From a virus (Duplodnaviria; Caudoviricetes), in IMG/VR virus record IMGVR_UViG_3300035698_024184, positions 816 through 64,815 of that record: 64,000 nt of DNA. One strand, written 5' to 3'. A program made the translations under genes and the position numbers. Below, one piece after another: positions 36,973 to 46,627 of the stretch (position 1 is the first letter of the stretch; each line of letters starts with the position of its first letter). The notes under the pieces are model-generated. The model saw only the letters and a list, made by a program, of their open reading frames with translations. It did not search any database and was not told the origin of the DNA.

Positions 36973-38050
36973 ATTTTTCTACCTCACTAAATAAATTATT
37001 TCTCTCTTCTTCATGTTTCATAATATAAGCATATAAACCATCACTACCATGAAACTTCTCTTCCTTATACTTAAACCAACTACCCGCTTTTTCAACAATT
37101 CCGTATCTAATAGCATAAATTATCATTCCCTGAACAATATCAACATGCCCCTTAGAAAACTTAATACCTTTTCCATCAATATAATCAGCTACAGTCAACC
37201 AATAACTACCCTCCCTACGAGCAGAAAAAGTCTTATTTTTCTGAGTAAAGAATTTAATTTGTTGTTGAACAGCATGTTTTTCACCTTCTATTTCCTCATG
37301 TTCAACTGCTCCAGCCGAACAACGAATTCGTATTGAATGAAAATGCTTCATCGCCTGACCACCACTTACAGTTTCAGGATTACCATAACCACTCAACTTA
37401 TATCTTATTTGACGAACACCAATAATAGAAGGATGAGTTAAATCTTTTTGTCTTAAATAATTATATGCAGAGGTCCATTTTTTAGCTGCTAATGCTAACA
37501 TACGTGCTTCTAATGCCATATGACTATTTTCAGCAGATTTTTCAATTTTTCCAGAAGGAACCATACTATCATAATCATCAATAATAATAGCTCCAACTGT
37601 ACCAGAACGAATTAAAGATTCAATTATATCAACAGACTGTTCTCCATAATCACAATTCATTTTTATAAAATTTGGATCTTCAACATCAACACCTAAATTA
37701 GCAAACCATTCGGGATCCCAAGCCCCATCTTCATCATTCCAAACAACAATTGGACATACTCCTTCTGGTAAAGCTCCTTTTTTAGCTAATCGTTGAAAAT
37801 TTGCTACCCACAACGCCGCAGTAGTTGTTTTCCCACCTGATTCCGGCCCAAATAATTCAGTTGCTCTACCAACAGGAATACCACCTCCTACTTCAGTATC
37901 CAATGCTGGTATTCCCCAAGGTATTCGTAATACACCAGCTTTTTCTTCAGAAGCAAATGAAATCACAGTAAGTTTATCCTTAGCTGCTTTACTATACTTA
38001 CTATTAATTTCTTTCATTAAAGTTTTTAAAACTTCTAATTTTTCATTCAT
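36923..38050 (-). CDS. recA: RecA/UvsX recombinase
   Basis: G...LD...GGGIP.GR..E.FGPESGGKTT; Q.R.K...YG.PET..GG.A.K; G.V.KAGSWF. Confidence 0.9.
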   Translation of the reverse strand: MNEKLEVLKTLMKEINSKYSKAAKDKLTVISFASEEKAGVLRIPWGIPALDTEVGGGIPVGRATELFGPESGGKTTTAALWVANFQRLAKKGALPEGVCPIVVWNDEDGAWDPEWFANLGVDVEDPNFIKMNCDYGEQSVDIIESLIRSGTVGAIIIDDYDSMVPSGKIEKSAENSHMALEARMLALAAKKWTSAYNYLRQKDLTHPSIIGVRQIRYKLSGYGNPETVSGGQAMKHFHSIRIRCSAGAVEHEEIEGEKHAVQQQIKFFTQKNKTFSARREGSYWLTVADYIDGKGIKFSKGHVDIVQGMIIYAIRYGIVEKAGSWFKYKEEKFHGSDGLYAYIMKHEEERNNLFSEVEKYAKTETACSEEASSEG

Positions 38051-38063
38051 ATAAATCCTCAAT

Positions 38064-38126
38064 AAAAAAATTGGGACCGAAATTCGGTAATTCAATAAAA
38101 TAGTAGATAAATTAATCTCGGCCCCA
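38064..38126 (-). terminator. Terminator-like hairpin after SSB
   Basis: Minus strand tggggccgagatt...aatttcggtccca followed by a T-run. Confidence 0.55.
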
Positions 38127-38134
38127 TATAATTC

Positions 38135-38887
38135 TTAGAACCGAACTCGTTGATCTGCCTCATTATACTGTGGTACAGCATCACTACTAGTATTACCTTC
38201 AGTATTACCTTCAATATTTGGAGCCTTATTAGATGCTACACTTAACTTTTCAACATCCAACATCGCTTGTTCAATTGTATAAGGTTTTAATACATCTAAC
38301 ATATCTATTGATTCAATTAACTCAACAGGATAGGTACTAAGATCAGCCTTTTCTACATAACTATAATTCGTACCCGAAGCATTAGATTGAGCATCATTAG
38401 GCCGAATTATCTCATATTGTAAACCAATTAAAGTACCACCTTTTTTCGCAATTTGTTTCAAAATAATATCTGAAACCTCACCTTTAACCATTAACAATTT
38501 CTTTTCATCTTTATGTTCATTACCCTTATTATCAATCCAAGTTGTATGATCTATAATCGAAAAGAAATTCGCTATATAAGATTTAATCCCTGCTTCACAA
38601 TAGGGACAACGATCATCACCATTACCTCTCAAACAAGTACGAAAATTATGCCAATCAAGTTTACGCTTAGCAGTATTATAAAGAGCAAATTGATGTTCTC
38701 GAATTACAAAAGGCTCAAATTCCATATTATCAGACTTAAATGGCCCTAAAAAAGTAACTTCTGTTTCAGAATTCACCTTCATAAAAAATCTACGAACACG
38801 TCCTGATTGACGTTCTTGCTCTTCTTTTTCACGCTCTTGTTGAGCTAAATCTACATTACCACCAACTATCCAACTTTTTTCTGTCAT
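38135..38887 (-). CDS. Phage single-stranded DNA-binding protein (Zn-containing)
   Basis: RF.M..N....V.FL, EH, C.....CPYC, Y.I.R; acidic tail ending in F; next to RecA. Confidence 0.7.
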   Translation of the reverse strand: MTEKSWIVGGNVDLAQQEREKEEQERQSGRVRRFFMKVNSETEVTFLGPFKSDNMEFEPFVIREHQFALYNTAKRKLDWHNFRTCLRGNGDDRCPYCEAGIKSYIANFFSIIDHTTWIDNKGNEHKDEKKLLMVKGEVSDIILKQIAKKGGTLIGLQYEIIRPNDAQSNASGTNYSYVEKADLSTYPVELIESIDMLDVLKPYTIEQAMLDVEKLSVASNKAPNIEGNTEGNTSSDAVPQYNEADQRVRF

Positions 38888-38910
38888 TTTTTTACCTTTA
38901 ACTATAATAG

Positions 38911-39321
38911 TTATTTTTTACCATATATTTTTATTTGACAACCCACGATAATTTTCCCTGGAACTAAACCCAAACCGTGTACAATTACATCACCAACTTC
39001 ATTTAGTTTTAATGCTTCTGTTAGCATTTTAGCAACATCTTTAGGAATATAACCTACTTGAACATAACTTCCTTCTAATCTAAATAACACTTTAACCGCA
39101 AATTCATCATATTTATTATCAGGCTCTCGTTCTAAACAAACAGGTATCCAATCTTCTTGTATATGAACTGTTAAAGCCTTATTTAAATAATTTTGTCTTA
39201 CAGTCCCATCATCATTAGAAAAAGTTACACCAACTACCGATATTAAATTTTCATCACTATAATCGACATCAGGTTTTTGTTCACCAAATGTCGCGCCAAA
39301 AAAATTCTTTAATTCAGTCAT
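38911..39321 (-). CDS. HIRAN domain protein
   Basis: VVGVTF.N.DG..RQ, L.REPDN.YD..AVKV, VGYIP. Confidence 0.88.
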   Translation of the reverse strand: MTELKNFFGATFGEQKPDVDYSDENLISVVGVTFSNDDGTVRQNYLNKALTVHIQEDWIPVCLEREPDNKYDEFAVKVLFRLEGSYVQVGYIPKDVAKMLTEALKLNEVGDVIVHGLGLVPGKIIVGCQIKIYGKK

Positions 39322-39971
39322 TTATCAATCTCCATGTTTAAATTCTTTTCTTTAATTCGCATCGAACCAATTTCTGTCTCAATAAACTCATCACTACAAT
39401 CTACCTTCCCTTTTAATGTCTTAAATAACACATTAACATTCCTCTGAAAATATTCATTCGCTGCCTTTCTACGACCTTTAAATTTAATACATTCCATATA
39501 ATATAAATACTTCATTCCAACTACATGATTCATTGTATATAATTGGCTTTTATTTGATCTATTAATAAAAGGAGCCGGAGGTACAATACTTAATTTACTC
39601 CAACGTCTTATTGTATCAGTACTTACACCAATATATGCCGCTAAAAATCCAATAGTATAAAGTATCAATTCTTTTCCACCATACATAATCTTTTTCGTAC
39701 TACCTACTTTAGTAAACAATCCCTGAATAGTCAACCCTTGTTCTCCCAAAGCCTCTTCAATTTCAGCGGCACGAACAAAATCACCCTCCATGATAGCATC
39801 CCTTAACTTCTTTCGTAACTCTAAGGCAGTAGCTTCACGCTCTATTCGTTTCTTATATGCTCGAACCCTCTCCCCCTTCAAAGCCCTATAACGATCAAAA
39901 GATTTTCTTTTTAATCGTTCTTTATTTCTTTGATAATACTTTTTATTTGTTTCAGTTCTATCCTTCACCAT
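39318..39971 (-). CDS. MerR-like HTH DNA-binding protein
   Basis: YTIG.LA..IGVS..TIRRW. Confidence 0.7.
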   Translation of the reverse strand: MVKDRTETNKKYYQRNKERLKRKSFDRYRALKGERVRAYKKRIEREATALELRKKLRDAIMEGDFVRAAEIEEALGEQGLTIQGLFTKVGSTKKIMYGGKELILYTIGFLAAYIGVSTDTIRRWSKLSIVPPAPFINRSNKSQLYTMNHVVGMKYLYYMECIKFKGRRKAANEYFQRNVNVLFKTLKGKVDCSDEFIETEIGSMRIKEKNLNMEIDK

Positions 39972-41509
39972 TTATACCTCTTTTTATCATACACAATTTC
40001 AGGTACAACTACACCAAATCCTTGTTGTTTCATAGTTTCTATTCGTCGATAACTATGTCTTCGTAATAAACCATTATGATTATCTAAAAAATCAATAACA
40101 ATTGCTTTATCTTTACCCTTTGATATACGTAAAGAACGCCCAATTCGTTGCACTACTTTTGTACAACTACAACCACCACCAGCAAGTATAAGAACATCGA
40201 TCACTGGCACATCAACACCTTCATCATAAATTGACGTACCAATTAAAACTTTTATTTCTCCTTCTCGAAATTTATGTAGTGTTTCTATTCGTTTTTCACT
40301 ACTAACTTGTCCGTGCATAAATACAGAAGAAATTCCACGATATTTTAATAACTCTTTTAATATTTCACCATGTTCAATTCTTTGAACTAATATTAAAATA
40401 GATTTTTCTTTATTATAATGCTCTTCTACTTTATCTAATATCTGACTATTTCTCTCAACATGCCTCACAATTCCCGTTGTATAAACATTATGATAAGAAT
40501 TATATTGTACCATAGGCAGATTAATTAGCACAATCTCAATTTCAGGACAAACTAAATATCCAGCCTTTTTTCCTTCAATAGCATTCATTTTATATAAAAT
40601 TCGACCCGTTGCTGCCATTAAAGCAATCCCTGCATCATCATTCCGAAAAGCTGTCCCACTCAATCCAAATTTATAATAAGCATTTATTCCCATAAATACC
40701 TTAAACCAACCTAAAGCTCCAACATGATGAATCTCATCCCCAATTAAACAATCAGAATTAGAAAACCATTCTTTAATTTTAGCTCTATATTCCCGCTGTT
40801 TTTTAGTAGTATTGATTAACCTCTTCGTAAATAAACTTAATAAAGAACCAACTGTTACTACAGTAATAAATCCTGGTGTATGTACACCCCCACCATATCG
40901 CCCAATTAACGGAATATCTTCATTTAATTCAAAGCAATGAACTGTCTCTGGCCCAATAATATGTTGTTTTAACACCCCATAAGTCTGTTGTAACAGCTCT
41001 TTCGTATGTACTAAAAAGATACTTCGACAACCTAATTCAGTTAGTAATTTGGTAGCCAACAAACTTTTACCACCACCTGTAGCAATATTAAATATTCCTC
41101 TTGTACTATTAATTCCCCTCCTAATAGCTTCTGTTTGTTCAGGACGCATACTTCGATCTTCATTTTCAACATCTACTTCGCGATATTTTAATGCCAAAAT
41201 ATTGCGTGGCTTCACACGTTCATCCACTAAATCATACTTTATGCCTCTTTCCTCTAAAATATCCAAACATAAAGAAATTAAACCCGTTGGAAACCTCTGC
41301 ATTTTTTTATTAAAAAGATGTATAAAACCATCCCATTTTAATTCCATTCCCGTTTCTTTTAACTTTTTTTCTTTCGCCATTTCTAAATATTGTTCCTGTA
41401 TTACAGGAAATGAAAATGCCTCATCTAATACCAATAATGGAATCTTACCATATATCTCTGTATTTGCATTTCTCATTACAATCCTTACTTGTTGACTACT
41501 AAAAGCCAT
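39965..41509 (-). CDS. SF2 DExH helicase (UvsW-like)
   Basis: ATGGGKS, DEIHH, SGT, EGVDVP, QRIGR.LR. Confidence 0.92.
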   Translation of the reverse strand: MAFSSQQVRIVMRNANTEIYGKIPLLVLDEAFSFPVIQEQYLEMAKEKKLKETGMELKWDGFIHLFNKKMQRFPTGLISLCLDILEERGIKYDLVDERVKPRNILALKYREVDVENEDRSMRPEQTEAIRRGINSTRGIFNIATGGGKSLLATKLLTELGCRSIFLVHTKELLQQTYGVLKQHIIGPETVHCFELNEDIPLIGRYGGGVHTPGFITVVTVGSLLSLFTKRLINTTKKQREYRAKIKEWFSNSDCLIGDEIHHVGALGWFKVFMGINAYYKFGLSGTAFRNDDAGIALMAATGRILYKMNAIEGKKAGYLVCPEIEIVLINLPMVQYNSYHNVYTTGIVRHVERNSQILDKVEEHYNKEKSILILVQRIEHGEILKELLKYRGISSVFMHGQVSSEKRIETLHKFREGEIKVLIGTSIYDEGVDVPVIDVLILAGGGCSCTKVVQRIGRSLRISKGKDKAIVIDFLDNHNGLLRRHSYRRIETMKQQGFGVVVPEIVYDKKRYKW

Positions 41510-41524
41510 ATAATACTCCTATAT

Positions 41525-42399
41525 TTACATTGGTAATGAACGAATTTCTAAAGCAACTCTATCTCTATGTTTTCCAATACTATCAAAAGGTTTAATATTT
41601 AATTTACAAGTCATTAAAGGTCTAGCTGGATAAGAAGCTCTGGAAGCATATGTTGATTTTCCAACTCTATGAGAGTAAACCCAACACCCCCAATTAGCCG
41701 CCCATTTATATCTTTCTGTGCACTCCGAATTTTTATCTAACTTTTCAGGCATACCCATTACAGGCTTCGGCGGTAAAATACAAAAAGTATGAGAATGTCC
41801 TCTAAATGCAACATCACAATCTTTATCTTCAACCATACGAGTTAAATGATTAGGCTCCGCACCTGCTGTTCTACCTCCACCATGACCATGCTGAATATAT
41901 AATATGACACTACGAGTTGAACTACCTCTACGAAACTTTAATCGTATAAATGCTTCATCAGTAAGATCATAAGTATCCAAATCTTCCACTAACCTTTGTT
42001 GTATATTCTCATTATGATATTTTTTAATAAAAAACAATGGTTACCTTCAATTAAACCCAAACATTTATCTTTTATCGGCTTAATAATACTTAAAAATCGA
42101 CAACGTTGCTGCATCAAAACATCGGATAATTTTTCTCTAGTTGTTTCTGCATCTTCATCTAACATCCAATCAGGTAATACATCAAAATCAAATCTTTTAA
42201 TATCTTGGGGTTTAATCGCATCTAATAAATCCCCTCCACCAAACCAATATGAATTAGGTTGATTTTTTATTTCATATACTAATTGACGAAATTTTTGTTC
42301 AGCACAACCCCTCGCACCAATATGCACATCCCCTATAGGATATATTGTAAACACATCTGTTCTTGAAGAAACTTTTATAACCTTTTCAATTAATCTCAT
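41525..42399 (-). CDS. Calcineurin-like metallophosphoesterase split by a -1 frameshift near 42020-42036
   Basis: GDVHIG, GGDLLD and GNH in frame 1; HGHG and GHSH in frame 2. Confidence 0.8.
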
Positions 42400-42406
42400 T
42401 TATCAC

Positions 42407-42625
42407 CTATTCATCTAATTTTAAATTACCCACCTTAACTTCATCTTCTATTAATTTACGAATTAACTGTGTAATAATTTCATTTCGTGTGATCTTTGCA
42501 GTACCTTCTATACTAACTTCTCGATAATGATTTTTTAATTTATCTAAAGATTCAATTAAAACCTTTGGCAAATAACACATAATAGGAACTTTTTGTTCTT
42601 TTACTTTTGACTTAATTGTTGACAT
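42407..42625 (-). CDS. Ribbon-helix-helix DNA-binding protein
   Basis: YLP..L...LD.L......TRNEII..LI pattern. Confidence 0.55.
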   Translation of the reverse strand: MSTIKSKVKEQKVPIMCYLPKVLIESLDKLKNHYREVSIEGTAKITRNEIITQLIRKLIEDEVKVGNLKLDE

Positions 42626-42636
42626 AATACCCTTTC

Positions 42637-44769
42637 CTAATACTCGCTTGTATGTATATCTGTATCACTAATTACTTCTGTATCTTCTGATTCTTCCAAT
42701 TCTTCTAATCCATATTTACTATCTGACCAATTATATCCCAATTTTCCATCAACCAAAACAGGTACTCTTAATTCTACTGCATTTTCTAACACCTCATTAA
42801 TTTCTTTTACAACTTCCATATTTTTCTCTTCACCTCGATCTTCAAATTCTAATACTAATTCATCATGTATTTGTATCAATTGATCGACATAAAACATCTC
42901 TTCACTTTGAACTTTTTGATATAAATTTCTCATAGCAATTTTTATTAGGTCTCCGGCCGAGCCTTGAATAACTGAATTAACAGTTTGTCGCAATGCCGCC
43001 TGTTTCTTAATCCAATCAATCCCTTGTATATCTGGCAATCGACGCCGACGACCTGACATAGTAGTAACATATCCATTTATTTCCGCATTTCGTTGTATAT
43101 ATTGTATATACTTATGTACATACTCATACATACCAAAATAATTATCCAAGTATTCTTGAGCTTCTTCTTCTGATATTTTCAACGTTTTTGATAATCCATA
43201 TTGTGTTTTTCCATACACAATTCCAAAATTAATTGCTTTTGCTTGAGAACGAGTCATATCCATATCGTATTTCTCTACAATTAAATCACAAGTATATTGA
43301 TGTAAATCGGCACCATTTAAAAATGCCTGACACATAATTGGATCCTGCGAAAAATGAGCCAATACTCTTAATTCAATCTGACTATAATCCGGTACATATA
43401 ATATCTTACCTTCTCCAGCAATAAAAGCAGAACGAATAACTCTACCTGTTGGTTGATTTTGTAAATTAGGTTCTTTACAAGATAACCTCCCCGTTCGTGT
43501 TCCATGTTGTAAAAAGCTACCTCGAACACGATTATCTATATCAACTTTTTCTAATAATCCTTTAACATAAGTTGACTGTAATTTACCCCATTTTCGATTT
43601 TCTAATAATACTTCAGCAAATTTAGAACCACCTTCCACTAAAAATTGAAGTGTTTCAGCATCAGTAGAAGGCCCAGTCTTACCTACTTTTAATGGTAAAG
43701 GCTTAGCTTTTTCTTTAGCAATATAACTTTTTGCTTTTTCAATTTCTGCTACATCAGTAAGCACCAATAAATCCTTTTGTACTCTTTCAACTTCTTTTTT
43801 ATCAGCAAAAAGTATCTTTGCTAATTGATTAGTACTACCAAAATTAATTTTATCTTTTTCAGTTTTCCCGCTTAATATTAATAATTGTTCTTTATATCCA
43901 ATTAAATCACTAGCAATTTTTACTCCTAATTCTTCTAAATACTTTTTATTAAGAGTTATCCCTTTCCACTCAATATCCGCTAAGACATATACAATTGGCA
44001 TTTCCAATTCATTGAACACCTTTGTAAATTCTAACTTTTCCAATATAGGTTTATATACTTCCATTAACCGATAAGTATGAAAACTATCATCACAAGCATA
44101 CTCTCCCATTTTATGAATTGGAGTAGTTCTAATTTCCTCATCAGCTACTTCCGAAAAAGAAGAGGGTTCCCTACCCAAACGATTTTTAGCTTGAATTTTT
44201 AACCCATGCCTCTCATTTTCATCAATCAACCAAGATGCAATCATACCATCAAATAACCGAGTTGTATAAGGAACATAAACACCTTGCGACTTCAATATAT
44301 TCAAATCATATTTAGCATTCCACATAGCTATCAATTTTTCACCATTTATAAAAAATGACCTTAATTTATCATAAACTATATTAGAAGTCAATTGTTCTGT
44401 AATAATTTCAGTAACTTCCAAATCAGCAATTTCTTCTATTATAGCTTGTTTTAATCCGGCCCATGTTTCAATTGATGCTTCAACCCTAGCTCTTCTTAAC
44501 TTTTTATCATAAAATATTAACTGTGATTCAAGTTGTAACTTTCTTTCTTCTTTTGTTTGAATTTTATGTCCAATAGGAATATAAAAATTCTCATATGAAT
44601 CTTCTTCTATTCCATCTCTAACTTTAATAGTAATAGAACATCCAACGTGTTCACACGAAAAAGGTCTCACCCCTGTATTTTCTGTATCAAAAGCAAACAC
44701 ATCAACAGCCTCTAACTGTTGAACTAAATAATTTAATTTTTTCATTGTATTTACAATAAAATTCTTCAT
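42637..44769 (-). CDS. polA: Family A DNA polymerase with 3'-5' exonuclease
   Basis: FDTE, NAKYD, YAC.D; TGRLSC..PNLQN, DYSQIELR, R..AK.INFG..YG, QG.A.D, HDEL. Confidence 0.96.
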   Translation of the reverse strand: MKNFIVNTMKKLNYLVQQLEAVDVFAFDTENTGVRPFSCEHVGCSITIKVRDGIEEDSYENFYIPIGHKIQTKEERKLQLESQLIFYDKKLRRARVEASIETWAGLKQAIIEEIADLEVTEIITEQLTSNIVYDKLRSFFINGEKLIAMWNAKYDLNILKSQGVYVPYTTRLFDGMIASWLIDENERHGLKIQAKNRLGREPSSFSEVADEEIRTTPIHKMGEYACDDSFHTYRLMEVYKPILEKLEFTKVFNELEMPIVYVLADIEWKGITLNKKYLEELGVKIASDLIGYKEQLLILSGKTEKDKINFGSTNQLAKILFADKKEVERVQKDLLVLTDVAEIEKAKSYIAKEKAKPLPLKVGKTGPSTDAETLQFLVEGGSKFAEVLLENRKWGKLQSTYVKGLLEKVDIDNRVRGSFLQHGTRTGRLSCKEPNLQNQPTGRVIRSAFIAGEGKILYVPDYSQIELRVLAHFSQDPIMCQAFLNGADLHQYTCDLIVEKYDMDMTRSQAKAINFGIVYGKTQYGLSKTLKISEEEAQEYLDNYFGMYEYVHKYIQYIQRNAEINGYVTTMSGRRRRLPDIQGIDWIKKQAALRQTVNSVIQGSAGDLIKIAMRNLYQKVQSEEMFYVDQLIQIHDELVLEFEDRGEEKNMEVVKEINEVLENAVELRVPVLVDGKLGYNWSDSKYGLEELEESEDTEVISDTDIHTSEY

Positions 44770-45749
44770 CTAATATTCCTTATTTTATTTACAAAACATA
44801 AATTTATATGACTTTCTAACCATTTAACTTCATCTGAATCACAATCCCCTACATCATTATATGATTTATCATATTTCTTCTCTAAACCTTCCCAATCAAT
44901 CACATAAGTTTTTATTCTGTCCTGAATCATACCAATTAACTTACTGGAACCTTTTTTACCTGACAAATCATTATCAAACCAACATATCATAGATAAACCA
45001 AAAGAAGCAATTTGGTCCACTTGTACCTTAGATACAGAAGAACCCATAATTGCCACACAATTTTTAATCCCTACCTGACTAGCAAAAATAACATCCAAAG
45101 GCCCTTCAAAAACATTTATAAATTCTTCTTTTATATCTATTTGATCGATTCCAAATACTATACTAGATTTTTCAAAATGCCAATAATTATAATATTTTAT
45201 AGATTCCATATTATCATCAATAATACGCCCAACAGCACCTCTTAATCTTTTTTGTCGATCATAAATTGGTATAACAATTCTTTTTAATGTTTCATCATAA
45301 CTTAAATCCCATCCATTTATTGAGACACTACTAATTCCTCTAATATCACAATATTTTTGAGCTTCTTGTACCTCTTCTATACGAGTATAAAAAGATAACA
45401 AATTAGAACTATATATTGAATATTGATCTTTTATTATTTCATATTGCCATTCCGTCAACTCTTTTATAATTTCTTTAGGATCATAAAATTGTGCTTCAAT
45501 AATCAACTTTTCAAAATCAATTAAATCAATATCTTTATTAATGGCACCTACAGCTATAACTAACTGTTCTAAAGTCCCATGAGCATTACAACTTAAACAA
45601 TTATACAAATGAGGTATTTGTACTCTAACACCAGCGCTAGGATGACTATCTTTATGAAAAGGACAAGAAAAAGAGATATTTTTAGGCCCAACTTTTACAT
45701 CCTTTAAATCCAATCGTTCTAATAAATTTTCTAATTCCTTAGTTTTCAT
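44766..45749 (-). CDS. dnaG: DNA primase (CHC2 Zn finger + TOPRIM)
   Basis: CPFH.D..PS, CLSC, EG..D, FDND..G. Confidence 0.92.
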   Translation of the reverse strand: MKTKELENLLERLDLKDVKVGPKNISFSCPFHKDSHPSAGVRVQIPHLYNCLSCNAHGTLEQLVIAVGAINKDIDLIDFEKLIIEAQFYDPKEIIKELTEWQYEIIKDQYSIYSSNLLSFYTRIEEVQEAQKYCDIRGISSVSINGWDLSYDETLKRIVIPIYDRQKRLRGAVGRIIDDNMESIKYYNYWHFEKSSIVFGIDQIDIKEEFINVFEGPLDVIFASQVGIKNCVAIMGSSVSKVQVDQIASFGLSMICWFDNDLSGKKGSSKLIGMIQDRIKTYVIDWEGLEKKYDKSYNDVGDCDSDEVKWLESHINLCFVNKIRNIR

Positions 45750-45973
45750 TTATGATCTCCAAAAGGAACTCGATTTCCATTTTTATCAACAACATACCTC
45801 TTTCCCTGACGTAGACGTTTAAACCCCTCTGTTTGTTCATATCCAACTATATCTAACTTCATTGGCTCAAAACCCAAACAATGTGGATCTCCTTTACATA
45901 TTTTTCGCTTTCCACATCTTTGACAAATTTTACTATTATTTGGATATTGATTCTTTTTTATTATCGTTACCAT
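45746..45973 (-). CDS. Hypothetical Cys-rich protein
   Basis: 75 aa ORF. Confidence 0.6.
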   Translation of the reverse strand: MVTIIKKNQYPNNSKICQRCGKRKICKGDPHCLGFEPMKLDIVGYEQTEGFKRLRQGKRYVVDKNGNRVPFGDHK

Positions 45974-46139
45974 CTAGTATCCTTTCATATACTTCTTTAC
46001 GATAAATAGATACTTTATCAGAAGCCTTAAAGCCTAATCGAACTTGTTTACCATTTACATTAGTAACCTTAACAACAATTATTTCATCTCCAATCGCAAT
46101 AATTACTTCTTGATCTATTTTACGTCCTAAAACTAACAT
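45936..46139 (-). CDS. csrA: CsrA/RsmA-family regulator (second copy)
   Basis: MLVLGRK..Q.V.I.IGD.I.V.V..V.G.QVRLG..A...V.IYR.EVY. Confidence 0.92.
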   Translation of the reverse strand: MLVLGRKIDQEVIIAIGDEIIVVKVTNVNGKQVRLGFKASDKVSIYRKEVYERILDGNDNKKESISK

Positions 46140-46144
46140 ATGTA

Positions 46145-46618
46145 TTATCCTTTAAAATAATTTAAAATACTTATTACACAATCTCCTACTCCACCAATAG
46201 AATAACAATGATATACTAACCAAGGATGTTTCTCACGTCCATTTGTTACAACAGCAAACACTGGAATACCTAATAATTTAGCATATACAATTTCTTGAAT
46301 TGTTCCATAAGAAACCGAACCATCAATTATCGCAATCACTCCTTGACTTTTTGCAATCGCTTCTAAATCCCTTTCTACTAAAGGTTTATAATCTACATCA
46401 TCTCTATTTTTTTCTCCGGCATCAATAACAATAATATCACTTCGTGATAAATCATAAAATGGATTAACAATCTCCCATCCATATTTTAATTCAAGTTGTT
46501 GTTCCCATATCTTAATTCTTGATCGAGAATCAAAAGGATGAGCTAAATATAAACAAATAGGTTTACATCTAAAAATTCGTTTAACTCGACTACAAAATTG
46601 TATCCATTTTAAATTCAT
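46145..46618 (-). CDS. Nucleoside 2-deoxyribosyltransferase-family protein
   Basis: YLA.PF, NP, D...I..S..V.A..DG...GT..E..YA...G.PV. Confidence 0.82.
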   Translation of the reverse strand: MNLKWIQFCSRVKRIFRCKPICLYLAHPFDSRSRIKIWEQQLELKYGWEIVNPFYDLSRSDIIVIDAGEKNRDDVDYKPLVERDLEAIAKSQGVIAIIDGSVSYGTIQEIVYAKLLGIPVFAVVTNGREKHPWLVYHCYSIGGVGDCVISILNYFKG

Positions 46619-46627
46619 AATATTTCC

